A stretch of DNA of 64,000 nt, from the NCBI GenBank assembly GCA_007376445.1, contig VMGF01000003.1, positions 31,024 through 95,023 on the forward strand, in the 5' to 3' direction. This DNA is from Parcubacteria group bacterium Gr01-1014_3 (lineage in GTDB: Bacteria > Patescibacteriota > Minisyncoccia > UBA6257 > WO2-44-18). A program made the position numbers and the translations under genes. Each line of letters starts with the position of its first letter. Within the stretch, counting starts at the first letter, position 1. Below, piece by piece: positions 39,469-48,973 of this stretch. Under the pieces are notes generated by a model that saw nothing but the letters and a program-made list of their open reading frames with translations, had not been told where the DNA came from and ran no database searches.

Positions 39469-39741
39469 TTACTTTTTTTGGAGGCCCTTAAAGAATCTGG
39501 GTCGACGCGGTGCTGATGCGGGCTGATAAACCTTGCAATCTACGGCCTCTATGCCCTTGATGGTCTCGTGTAATCTTTCGATAAAAACAGTGCCGCATGC
39601 CTCACACCAACGAATCTGATCAATTGTCTTTCTAGTTGGATACGGACTCCATCTCTTCCGCCTAGAAATCACTTGTGTCTTATGGCGGCCAGGGACGGTA
39701 CAGAGAAAATACTGAGCGTTTTCGATGGGCATCTTAGACAC
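39469..39741 (-). CDS. Small hypothetical protein with CxxC
   Basis: GGAG SD, GTG overlapping upstream ORF end. Confidence 0.55.
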   Translation of the reverse strand: MSKMPIENAQYFLCTVPGRHKTQVISRRKRWSPYPTRKTIDQIRWCEACGTVFIERLHETIKGIEAVDCKVYQPASAPRRPRFFKGLQKK

Positions 39742-40042
39742 TCCTCGCTTTCATGAATGGCGTGCTCTCGCGCCGTGTCCAAGGCTTGTAAACCAAGGTT
39801 ACTGGTATAACGAATTCTCTGCGAGTTTCCTTATAGGCGTCTATGACGAGCCGTTGGCCGCGAATCTTTTGTATGTATTCACGAATGGCGCCATTCGGCG
39901 ATCTACCGCGGCCACATTCTGACATTAGTATAGATCCGTCGGTCAATTCTCCATGCTCAAATTTGGCATAATAGCCGTTTTCATCAGTCTTGGTCACGAC
40001 AAGATCAGCATCAATCAGTTCCGCCAATTCGAAAATCGTCAT
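39734..40042 (-). CDS. Hypothetical protein
   Basis: GGAGGT SD before ATG 40042. Confidence 0.65.
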   Translation of the reverse strand: MTIFELAELIDADLVVTKTDENGYYAKFEHGELTDGSILMSECGRGRSPNGAIREYIQKIRGQRLVIDAYKETRREFVIPVTLVYKPWTRRESTPFMKARSV

Positions 40043-40149
40043 CTTACCTCCATTAAGAACTGGCGTTATCTTATCATGAAAAAACCGAAGAGTCAAATCA
40101 AAAACCCGTCCGCCAGCTGGCGGACGGGTTTTTGATTGTTGGAAAACTT

Positions 40150-40452
40150 TTATTGAGCTTCTGGTTCGCTTGCGCGAGCCGCTCGAGGGACATGGGTCGA
40201 ACCCTCTGGTTCCTCGATCTTCAGATTCACGCGGGCATTGTTCTTAATGCCGACGATCCTCAAGAGAGAGCGGATAGCCTTGGCGGTAGAACCTTCACGG
40301 CCTACAACCTGGCCCATATCCTGAACGTGTACTTTCAAAGAAAGTAAGACGCCCATCTCGTCTACCTTGCGTTCAACCTTCACTTCTTCCGGATGATCCA
40401 CGATAGATTTTACGAGATACTCCAGAAACTCCTGGTCCGTATTCTTAGCCAT
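40150..40452 (-). CDS. khpA: KH-domain RNA-binding protein
   Basis: IVDHPEEV, DMGQVVGREG.TAKAIR; after rpsP. Confidence 0.92.
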   Translation of the reverse strand: MAKNTDQEFLEYLVKSIVDHPEEVKVERKVDEMGVLLSLKVHVQDMGQVVGREGSTAKAIRSLLRIVGIKNNARVNLKIEEPEGSTHVPRAARASEPEAQ

Positions 40453-40488
40453 TTGAATATTCTGAATTGCTGAAATCGCGACCTTTTT

Positions 40489-40554
40489 CCAGGAAGTAGA
40501 AGTTCGATCGCTTTGAATGCTCGCGAAGCGAGAAATCGAACTTTCACTTCCTGG
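40489..40554. repeat. Dispersed hairpin element, family B copy 2
   Basis: ccaggaagtagaagttcg...cgaactttcacttcctgg. Confidence 0.8.
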
Positions 40555-40614
40555 TTTTTAATTATTGATATTATATCAAATAAAAAGCCGGGCGTCAAAC
40601 CCGGATTTTTATTT

Positions 40615-40941
40615 TTACTTTGCTACTTCCGCTACTGGAGCTGCGGTTGGAGCGGCTGCTCCACCTTCGGCTTTCTTGGGCTGTTTGTGGACGGCGATCT
40701 TCTTGCCGGTAATTATCCCAGCGGTAACTAAGACGTTGTGAACGCTATCGGTAACCTGCACGCCATTTTTGAGCCAGTGGGCCACACGATCCTTTTTAAC
40801 TTCCATTTTATTTGAACGCGGACTGTACCAACCCAAATCCTCCACCTGCTTCCCCTGCAATTTGTGGCGCTTTTCGCCGACAATCAAGCGGAAACTTCCC
40901 TGGTGTTTTTTACCTACCCTCTGTAATTTGATAGTTAACAT
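40615..40941 (-). CDS. rpsP: 30S ribosomal protein bS16
   Basis: MLTIKLQRVGKK, LGWYSP, WLKNGVQ. Confidence 0.95.
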   Translation of the reverse strand: MLTIKLQRVGKKHQGSFRLIVGEKRHKLQGKQVEDLGWYSPRSNKMEVKKDRVAHWLKNGVQVTDSVHNVLVTAGIITGKKIAVHKQPKKAEGGAAAPTAAPVAEVAK

Positions 40942-40979
40942 TGATTGATATCATAGCAAAATAAAAAAGCCCCGTCAAA

Positions 40980-41056
40980 CCCCGCACCTTTGTAGGACCG
41001 CTCGGGAAACAAAAAGCCACCCATACGGGTGGCTAAAGTCCTACAAAGGTGCGGGG
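40980..41056. mobile_element. Miniature inverted-repeat element inserted in a terminator loop
   Basis: 19-bp IR ccccgcacctttgtaggac; TCAAA duplicated at 40975-40979 and 41057-41061; cargo hairpin agccaccc-atac-gggtggct. Confidence 0.8.
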
Positions 41057-41076
41057 TCAAACGGGGCTTGTGCTTG

Positions 41077-41604
41077 TTAATACTTGATCACCGAATGGAT
41101 CGGGACATGCATCGCGCGAAGGGATGCGCGTCCGCCGAGACCTTCTAGCTCGATCACGAACGTGCAGCCAAGAAGATGCGCGCCTAATTTCTTCAGCAAC
41201 TTGCAAGCAGCAATCGCGGTGCCGCCGGTAGCCAGCACGTCGTCCACTACCAACACAGGCTGACCAGGCCTGACCGCGTCTTCATGAATTTCGAGAACAT
41301 CGCTCTCCCGGTATTCCAGGCTATAACACTCCTTGATGGTCCTCCGGGGAAGCTTACCGGCTTTCCGGACCGGCACGAAGCCCGCGCGATACTCTCTCGC
41401 CAAGGCAGCCGCGAAGATGAAGCCGCGCGCCTCAATTCCGACCACGCACAGATTGTCAGTCCGCTCCGGCCAAAAAGGCTTCGCCAAACACTTGGTAACT
41501 TCGCCAAAAGCATCCGGCGATTGCAACATCGGCGTCACATCACGAAACATAATGCCCGGCTGAGGAAATCCGGGGACGTCCTTAACGTACTCACGCAAAT
41601 TCAT
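41077..41604 (-). CDS. apt: Adenine phosphoribosyltransferase
   Basis: FPQPGIMFRD, EARGF, RKAGKLP, VDDVLATGGT. Confidence 0.95.
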   Translation of the reverse strand: MNLREYVKDVPGFPQPGIMFRDVTPMLQSPDAFGEVTKCLAKPFWPERTDNLCVVGIEARGFIFAAALAREYRAGFVPVRKAGKLPRRTIKECYSLEYRESDVLEIHEDAVRPGQPVLVVDDVLATGGTAIAACKLLKKLGAHLLGCTFVIELEGLGGRASLRAMHVPIHSVIKY

Positions 41605-41729
41605 ACGCTGCCTCCCTAACTCAAATCAGTGATTTGATCGGGCGATCAATCCACATTGGATTGATCTAGCCTATCAATGTGCTTGATATTATAAACACAA
41701 AATTACATTATTTTCAACTATCACCCTAA

Positions 41730-41864
41730 AAAATCCGCCAATACCCTTCTTCGGAACGTCTCGGAGGCGGTTTTGCTTGGTTAAAAAAACCGCTGAGAGA
41801 GAAGAAAAGTTTGCCGCTGGAGCAAACTTATTCTGGTTCCGAAGAAGGCGTAGTGGTGGATTTT
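41730..41864 (-). ncRNA. Structured motif family C, copy 1 (3' of smc)
   Basis: Three stems covarying with 62413-62547; strand assumed from host gene. Confidence 0.65.
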
Positions 41865-44048
41865 CTATTCCAGTTTTACGGAGAGTAATCGCGAAGTTCC
41901 ATCGCTTCCCATCGTAACGCCATACATGATATCCGCCGATTCCATGGTGGCGCGATTATGCGTGACAATAATAAACTGAGTTTTGGAAGAAAAATCTTTA
42001 ACCAGTTCCGCGAACTTTCGCGCGTTGCGTTCGTCCAGGGCGGCATCTACTTCATCAAGCACCAAAAACGGCGGTGGACTGACGGAAATCAAGGCAAACA
42101 AAACCGCCACGGACACCAAGGCCTTTTCTCCGCCAGAAAGCATTTCGAGGCCACTGATCTTTTTGCGAGGAATACTGATGCCCATCTCAATGCCACCGTG
42201 GTCGAATTTATGGTCCTCCTCCCTTTCCGCCGCCCCCTGCCTACCGGCAGGCAGGTCCTCCACCATCGCTTCCTCGGCTTCACTTATAATTTTCTTTTCT
42301 TTTTTAACCAGAGTTAGCTTTGCTGATCCGCCGTCGAAAAGCAGTTTGAAATATTTATTGAATTCTTCGTTGATGGACTTGAGCGCGCTGTTAAATTCTC
42401 CGTGAATTTTCTCATCCAAGTCATTAATAAGTAAGGCGAGATCGGCTGAAGCTTTTTTCAAATCTTCATTTTGCGCGGACAAAAAATTGTAGCGTGATTC
42501 AGTTTCCTGCGCTTCTTTAACTAGCGCCGGATCAAGATCACCAATACCAGCCAACTCCGCGCGCAGCTTGAACATCCGCTTCTCCATCTCGGCGAAATCG
42601 CTAGTCTTTCCGCCCGAGGCGGATCCTCGTTGGGAGGAAAATTCATGCAATCGGCGGCCAGATTGCATCGCCAGGTTTTCCAGTTCTTTCCGGCGGATCT
42701 CTACTCTTTCTCTTTCAAATAAAATTTTATTCTTCTCGGTATCCAGACGCGCCATCTCATCTTTTTTCTGCTCGACTAATTCAAAGGCTCTCCGGAAAGT
42801 GCCGGTGAACTGCTTGAGCGTGTCGTTGAGGTGGCTTTCCGCCTCCCTAAGCTTATTTAAATCAGCGTCCACCGTCTGAATATCCGCCATCGCCTTTTTC
42901 TTAGCACTATCCAATTCAGCGATCTTTTCATCCCGGCCGGAATTATCTGCCTGCAAGCTGTCATCGATACGCTTGATCAGCTTTTGCAAAAGCGACTTCA
43001 CTGCGCCAAAATCGCCTTCATTTAATACCGCGCCAATCGCGCCCTTCACTTCCTCAAGCAGTTTCACCGCCTCCGCGGCTTTAATTTCGCTCTTCGGCTG
43101 AGCCGCCAAAAACTCCATCTGCGCCTCCAAACGGCCAAGTTCTTTTTGAAGTAAAGATTTCCGGTTTAGAACATCGCTCTGCTGTTTTTTAAAATCGTTG
43201 AATCCTTTGTCGTCGGAAGGCTGAGCTTTTTCTACTTTATGTAATTCTTCCTGTAATTTTCTTAATTCTTGATTCTTGATTCCTACTTCCTGATTTATTT
43301 TTTGGATCTGCGGTTCAATGGCGGAAAAATCCGATTCGATCACGCCGAGTCTTCCGCTGAAATAATTTTCCTCCAAAGTTCGCAATTCTTTTTCGACTTC
43401 GGCATGCTTTTCCCAACGCGTGGTCTGGCGTCTTAATAACCGAAGATGTGGCAGTATCTCCTGCACCATCGCCTCCACCTTATCGAGGTTGATCTTGGTA
43501 TTCTTCAGTTTATTCTGCGCCTCATGCTTTTTGAGCTGATACTGACGAAGGCCGAGTACCTCTTCGATCATCTCGCGCCGTTCTTCCTGGCTAGCCCGCA
43601 CGAATAGATCGCTACTGCCCTGGTTTATGATAGAAAACCCTTTTGTGCCGAGGCGGGCTTTGGCAAAAAAATCGATAATGTCTTTTAAGCGGACCTCCGA
43701 GCCATTTAATAAATATTCCGAAGTGCCATCGCGGCTAATCTTGCGGGTAATCGCGATCTCGGTGTAATCAATGGGAAAAAACCGGGTGCTGTTGTCGAAA
43801 ACAATGGTCGCCTGCGCCATACCAACACGCGGGCGCTCCGGCGTGCCAGCGAAGATCAGATCTTCCGCTTTGGCGCCACGGATATTTTTCGCTTCGCGTT
43901 CACCCAAAAGCCAACGCAAAGCGTCGATGACATTCGATTTACCAGAACCATTCGGACCAACAATAGCCGTGATTCCAGCCGGAAAATCGAGCGTGGTTTT
44001 GGAAACAAATGACTTAAAACCCACCAGCTCTAACTGCTTAAGTAGCAT
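41865..44048 (-). CDS. smc: Shortened SMC protein
   Basis: GFKSF, GPNGSGKSN, LSGGEK, LDEVDAALD; 727 aa. Confidence 0.9.
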   Translation of the reverse strand: MLLKQLELVGFKSFVSKTTLDFPAGITAIVGPNGSGKSNVIDALRWLLGEREAKNIRGAKAEDLIFAGTPERPRVGMAQATIVFDNSTRFFPIDYTEIAITRKISRDGTSEYLLNGSEVRLKDIIDFFAKARLGTKGFSIINQGSSDLFVRASQEERREMIEEVLGLRQYQLKKHEAQNKLKNTKINLDKVEAMVQEILPHLRLLRRQTTRWEKHAEVEKELRTLEENYFSGRLGVIESDFSAIEPQIQKINQEVGIKNQELRKLQEELHKVEKAQPSDDKGFNDFKKQQSDVLNRKSLLQKELGRLEAQMEFLAAQPKSEIKAAEAVKLLEEVKGAIGAVLNEGDFGAVKSLLQKLIKRIDDSLQADNSGRDEKIAELDSAKKKAMADIQTVDADLNKLREAESHLNDTLKQFTGTFRRAFELVEQKKDEMARLDTEKNKILFERERVEIRRKELENLAMQSGRRLHEFSSQRGSASGGKTSDFAEMEKRMFKLRAELAGIGDLDPALVKEAQETESRYNFLSAQNEDLKKASADLALLINDLDEKIHGEFNSALKSINEEFNKYFKLLFDGGSAKLTLVKKEKKIISEAEEAMVEDLPAGRQGAAEREEDHKFDHGGIEMGISIPRKKISGLEMLSGGEKALVSVAVLFALISVSPPPFLVLDEVDAALDERNARKFAELVKDFSSKTQFIIVTHNRATMESADIMYGVTMGSDGTSRLLSVKLE

Positions 44049-44069
44049 ACCTTAATTCTAAAACACAAA

Positions 44070-44186
44070 ACTCCAATTTCCAATTATCAATTTTCATTCA
44101 ATACGCAATAACCAAACTTTAAACGGTTTAAAAATTGGTTCTTTGAAAATTCAATGAAAATTGCAAAATTGAGAATTGAAAATTAA
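44070..44186. repeat. AT-rich fold-back array, type A
   Basis: caattt units then aaattg units. Confidence 0.75.
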
Positions 44187-44194
44187 AGGAGCCC

Positions 44195-45991
44195 CTATGG
44201 GGCTCCGTCAACTATCGCTTCGACTTCTCGTCCATCCAGCGTTTCTTTTTCCAGAAGAGCTTTCGCTATTTTTTCAAGCTTATCCTGATTATCTTTAATC
44301 AACTTCACTGCTAGCTCATAAGCCTCGTCCAGAAGCTTTTTCACTTCCGCGTCAATGATCTGCTTAGTCGCTTCGGAACAATTCATCGTGTCGGAGGTAA
44401 TGTTCAAGAACGCCGCCCGAGTCACAAAAACTTCCTTTCCGACCTTGTCGCTCATGCCATACTCACACACCATAGCTCTCGCAACTCGGCTTGCTTCGCG
44501 GAAATCAGATGAAGCGCCGCTACTTTCGGAATTGAACTTGTACATCTCACCGGCTCGGCCACCCATCATCACCGCCATCTGCGCTAACATCATTTCCTTG
44601 CTTTGAATATGAACGTCTTCGTCCGGAAGCATCCACGTCGCGCCACCCGATGGTCCGCGCGGAATGATCGTCACGATGCGGACAGGATTTGATCCTTTAT
44701 TCCGCAAAAGCGTGGTGATCAGAGCGTGGCCGCCTTCATGATAAGCCGTAATAGCTTTTTCCCGGTCGGGAATAAAATTCTTCGATGCCGCGCCCATCAT
44801 CACTTTAATGATCGCCTCATCCAGATCCGCGCTATCAATCGCGGGTTTTTTCTTACCAACCGCGGCAATTGCCGATTCGTTCATAACCGCGGCCAAGTCA
44901 GCGCCAGAAAACCCGGAAGTGCCCTTAGCAACTCTTTGCAGGCTCACGTCCGGAGCTAATTTCTTACCCTTAGAATGAACCAAGAGAATTGCTTCTCTTG
45001 ATCTAACGTCGGGACGAGCAATTAATATCTTTCGATCTAGCCGGCCAGGCCGGACAATTGCTTCGTCAAGCGATTCTGGGCGGTTCGTCGCCGCCAGAAC
45101 TACCACTCGGTCAGAACTGGAAAAACCATCCATCTCGGTCAAAAGCGAGCTCAAAGTTTGATTGTATTCCTCATGCGTCATGCGCATTGTCCGAGTGCTA
45201 GCAACAGTATCCAATTCATCAATGAAGATGATACAGGGCTGACTCTTGCGGGCTTTCTCAAACATTTCACGGACTCGGCCAGCGCCAACGCCAACGAACA
45301 TTTCCACGAACTTAGAGCCATCCATGCTGATAAAAGCCATATTGGATTCCCCGGCCGTAGCTTTGGCCAGCAAAGTTTTGCCGTTACCAGGAGGTCCAAC
45401 TAGAAGAACTCCTCGCGGAACCTTAGCGCCAACGTCAGTATACTTTGTCGGATTATCAAAAAAATCGACGATCTCTTTCAACTCCTTGATCGCTTCATCG
45501 CAACCGGCCACGTCAGAATATCTCTCCTTCGGTCGCTTTGCTTCGCCGATCTTAGTCTGATCCATGGCCATCTGCCGCTGACGTTTATTGATCCAGAGCA
45601 TCGCGGCGATCAGCAGTAAAATCGGACCAAAGATAAACAACAGGGTGAAGATAATACTCCAGCCCCACCAGGCAGCTTCGGTCTTTTGGCGAGTTACGGG
45701 TATGCCTTTAGCGACCGCTTTCTCCACGAGATCGTTCACGTCAAAAACGGTAGACCGGAATTTATTGCCGTCTGTATATTCGCCTGTCGCGATGGCCGAC
45801 TCCACGTTAACCGCTAACGACTTAACATTTCCATCATTGATTGCCTTATAAAGCTCGGTGACCGTGATGTCCCGCGCTGCTTCCGTAATCGGAACACGCA
45901 CAACTATCATCGAAAGGGCTATCATGATCAGCGAAGCTATAAAAAATATCCGTAAGAAAGCTCTCAGCGGTGAAGGCGGTTTATTTTCCAC
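44195..45991 (-). CDS. ftsH: FtsH-family AAA+ zinc metalloprotease (divergent, possibly a paralog)
   Basis: 2 TM, GPPGNGKT, FIDELD, RPGRLDR, HEGGH. Confidence 0.9.
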   Translation of the reverse strand: MENKPPSPLRAFLRIFFIASLIMIALSMIVVRVPITEAARDITVTELYKAINDGNVKSLAVNVESAIATGEYTDGNKFRSTVFDVNDLVEKAVAKGIPVTRQKTEAAWWGWSIIFTLLFIFGPILLLIAAMLWINKRQRQMAMDQTKIGEAKRPKERYSDVAGCDEAIKELKEIVDFFDNPTKYTDVGAKVPRGVLLVGPPGNGKTLLAKATAGESNMAFISMDGSKFVEMFVGVGAGRVREMFEKARKSQPCIIFIDELDTVASTRTMRMTHEEYNQTLSSLLTEMDGFSSSDRVVVLAATNRPESLDEAIVRPGRLDRKILIARPDVRSREAILLVHSKGKKLAPDVSLQRVAKGTSGFSGADLAAVMNESAIAAVGKKKPAIDSADLDEAIIKVMMGAASKNFIPDREKAITAYHEGGHALITTLLRNKGSNPVRIVTIIPRGPSGGATWMLPDEDVHIQSKEMMLAQMAVMMGGRAGEMYKFNSESSGASSDFREASRVARAMVCEYGMSDKVGKEVFVTRAAFLNITSDTMNCSEATKQIIDAEVKKLLDEAYELAVKLIKDNQDKLEKIAKALLEKETLDGREVEAIVDGAP

Positions 45992-46111
45992 GTACCATCT
46001 CCTTTCATTTTCAATGAACCTTACAATTCAAACACTAACTTTAGCCTCGGTCAAAGCACTAGAACACAGAATTTTACAATGACAATATGACGATGACCGA
46101 TGAAAAATAGC

Positions 46112-46804
46112 CTACTCCTCCCATTTCGTCAGAGCCTGCTTGGCCGCGTCTACTTCCGCGTCTTGCTTCGCCTGCCCGCTACCGGTAGCTAAGTGCTTTT
46201 CACCGATATACACGCCAACCCGGAAAACTTTCTGGTGATCTGGACCGCTCTCTTCGAGAACTTTATAGATCGGCGTGATCTTGAATTCGCTCTGCGCCTT
46301 TTCCTGTAAGTTGCTTTTCGCGTCTTTGATCAGTCCTTTTTTGAAAACTTCTTCGAGATGCTCCAATACGAAAGTCACTACGAATTTCTTAGCCGGCGCG
46401 TAGCCGTCGTCTAAATAAATCGCGCCGATAACCGCCTCGATCGCGTTCGCCAAGATCACATCCCTGGCGCGGCCGGTATCTTTTGCTTCTCCGCGGGACA
46501 TCAGCACGTATTTTTCAAGATCAATGGATTTCGCCACCGTGGCCATCATCACGTAATTCACCAGCGCCGCGCGGATCCCGGTCAGCGGGCCCTCTTTATA
46601 ATCTGGGTACCTATTATATAGCTCCTCGGTGACGATCAGCTCCAGCACCGCGTCGCCCAAAAACTCCAGCCGTTCGTTGTGAGGTACTTCCCACTTTGGG
46701 TTTTCATTTAAATACGAGCGGTGCGTCAAAGCCTCCTTCAAAAGGTCTTTGTTCTTAAAAACATAATCTACGTTTTTTTCAAACGTTTTAATATTTTGTA
46801 ACAT
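46112..46804 (-). CDS. rnc: Ribonuclease III
   Basis: NERLEFLGDAVL; dsRBD. Confidence 0.97.
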   Translation of the reverse strand: MLQNIKTFEKNVDYVFKNKDLLKEALTHRSYLNENPKWEVPHNERLEFLGDAVLELIVTEELYNRYPDYKEGPLTGIRAALVNYVMMATVAKSIDLEKYVLMSRGEAKDTGRARDVILANAIEAVIGAIYLDDGYAPAKKFVVTFVLEHLEEVFKKGLIKDAKSNLQEKAQSEFKITPIYKVLEESGPDHQKVFRVGVYIGEKHLATGSGQAKQDAEVDAAKQALTKWEE

Positions 46805-46873
46805 CAGACAAATTTTAAATTTTTAATTTTGAAATTTTAAATTAATTTAAAATTTTTAATTTATAATTGAAAA

Positions 46874-47350
46874 TTATTTTTCAGCCGCTTTCTCTTTCTT
46901 CTCCCTCTTCGGCTCCTCTTTCAAGTCGCCTGAGGCGATCATCTGCTTATAAACCGTGCCAAGCACGCCATTAATAAATTTACCGGAATTCGGACCGCCG
47001 TAATTTTTCGAAATCTCAATGGCTTCATTAATCGCCACCTTCGGTGGAACTTCCTCATGATCGGCATACATCAGCTCATAAAGTCCGATACGAATGGCAT
47101 TGCGGTCAATAATCGCGATCTGCTCAAGCGGCCAATCCGGCGCGACCTTCGTGATTATCTCGTTCAGGTCTTTTAAATGTTCAACTATCCCCTTTACTAA
47201 ACGCCAGGCAAAATCCGGCTCATCGATACCCGGAGCGAACTCCAGTAAGTTCCTCTCAACGATCTTGATAAGGTCATTCTTCTGACTATAAAAATCCCAC
47301 TCGTACAAAGATTGTAGGACTACGGAACGCGCTAGTTGTCGAGTAGCCAT
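46874..47350 (-). CDS. nusB: Transcription antitermination factor NusB
   Basis: [18 protein letters not shown]. Confidence 0.95.
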   Translation of the reverse strand: MATRQLARSVVLQSLYEWDFYSQKNDLIKIVERNLLEFAPGIDEPDFAWRLVKGIVEHLKDLNEIITKVAPDWPLEQIAIIDRNAIRIGLYELMYADHEEVPPKVAINEAIEISKNYGGPNSGKFINGVLGTVYKQMIASGDLKEEPKREKKEKAAEK

Positions 47351-47368
47351 GTTTTTATTATTACAGAA

Positions 47369-47515
47369 AAATTCTCAATTTTCAAATACCTGTTTTTGAA
47401 TTTCCAAATATCAATTTTGCAATTTTCAATCAATTTACAATGAATTAATTTTCAAAACCATTGATCCTTAGGTCTTGATGATTGAATGAAAATTGGTATT
47501 TGGAAATTGAAAATT
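47369..47515. repeat. AT-rich fold-back array, type A
   Basis: Homologous to 6121-6236. Confidence 0.8.
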
Positions 47516-47678
47516 ACTTAGAGGATCCGTAGTGGGCGCACTGTGGGCAGGTTTTGTGCGACAAAACCGGACCCTGGCAATTCGGGCATACGGAAATATT
47601 CAGCTTCTTGAGGGCCATATGCGAACGCCTGCGCCCCGTCTTCCCTTTTGAATGATGTTTTGTTGGTACACCTCCCAT
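47514..47678 (-). CDS. rpmF: 50S ribosomal protein bL32 (absent from ORF track, 54 aa)
   Basis: MGGVPTKHHSKGKTGRRRSH..CPNC..HKTCPQC. Confidence 0.95.
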   Translation of the reverse strand: MGGVPTKHHSKGKTGRRRSHMALKKLNISVCPNCQGPVLSHKTCPQCAHYGSSK

Positions 47679-47784
47679 AAATTTATTAGTTAGATTATAT
47701 AGCTATTTCAGATTTTCGTCAACTTTGACTTTCAAATACACCGAGGCGTAAAATTAAGGGAGTTGTTTGAAATGGAGATCAACC

Positions 47785-48891
47785 GTGCAGAGCAGCAAAC
47801 TCTACCTCGCTTTAATATTTACTTCATTAATAGTAGCCTGCTCGAAAAAACCAATACCGCAAACTCCTATCGCGAGTGTTCCGGTGGTTAACTCGGTTCC
47901 TAAACCCTTACCGCCTCAACCAAAAACTCCTGGCGAAATTTTTGAAGAAGCAGATTATCTTGCTTATATCACCATCGAATTCCTGCTTGACCCGAAAAAC
48001 CCCGCCACCTACCGGCGAGGAGTCGGCTCCGGCTCGCTGTTTGAATTCGAAAAAAATCTTTACGTACTGACCGCGGCCCATCTCAAACCGCCATTTGGCG
48101 AGATTCAAAGCGTCTGGGTCAGACTGAAAGACAAAGAATATTACGAAAAACATCTGGAAGCTGAATTTGTGGCCTATGATCGGGTGCTAGATGTCGCCAT
48201 CTTGGGTTTCAAGGAAAAGTTTGAATATAAAGGAAGGCTTGCCAACTTCGGTAAATCCGCGACGCTCAAGCAGGGCGATGTAGTGGCCGCTCTCGGAGCG
48301 CCAAATCAGATACCGGACTGCTTTTCCGGCGGCCTGATCGAAAATCCTTTCGTTGGAATGGATGAAGGCACGGACCATCCCGGACTGATCTTCTATAGCG
48401 CCACGGTAAGGCCCGGTAATTCTGGTGGTCCCTTGTTGGATCAGTATGGCGAATTGGTAGGTATCAATATCCGAATCTTCGGAGGCAATCCCGGCAACTG
48501 GAGCGCTCAAGCGGTGCCGATCGATGACATTAAAAATCTTATCCCGAAGATCATGGCCGTCGGCTCGGACTGGCCGCACATGATCCTGCCGATGACGATC
48601 CTCAACGGCTGGGACATCACTCCATACGGCTATGAACGCTTGGGACTGAAAGCCCCGGATAAACCCGGGCTGGTAATTATGAAGATTCCCGCTGTCTTCG
48701 CCGAAAAATATAAAGACTTTAAGGTTGGCGATCTGATCCTGAAGGTGAACGGAGAAAAAATCGTTAATGCCGGCCGCTTCATTCATCAGATCATGACCGA
48801 CGTAGAGTTGCCGGACAGCGTTGAGCTCTTGATCGAACGGGACGGAGAAACCCTGACGCTTAAAGCCCCCCTGATGCCGTTTTTTAAATAA
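47785..48891 (+). CDS. Trypsin-like serine protease plus PDZ, lipoprotein
   Basis: IVAC lipobox, TAAH, DVAIL, GNSGGPL. Confidence 0.9.
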   Translation: MQSSKLYLALIFTSLIVACSKKPIPQTPIASVPVVNSVPKPLPPQPKTPGEIFEEADYLAYITIEFLLDPKNPATYRRGVGSGSLFEFEKNLYVLTAAHLKPPFGEIQSVWVRLKDKEYYEKHLEAEFVAYDRVLDVAILGFKEKFEYKGRLANFGKSATLKQGDVVAALGAPNQIPDCFSGGLIENPFVGMDEGTDHPGLIFYSATVRPGNSGGPLLDQYGELVGINIRIFGGNPGNWSAQAVPIDDIKNLIPKIMAVGSDWPHMILPMTILNGWDITPYGYERLGLKAPDKPGLVIMKIPAVFAEKYKDFKVGDLILKVNGEKIVNAGRFIHQIMTDVELPDSVELLIERDGETLTLKAPLMPFFK

Positions 48892-48973
48892 ACCTGACCC
48901 TCTCTTGCGATTTCGCGAGGGAGGGTTTATTCTTTGTGAAGTTTTCGGAACCTTGAAATAAAGGAGGTCTCTA

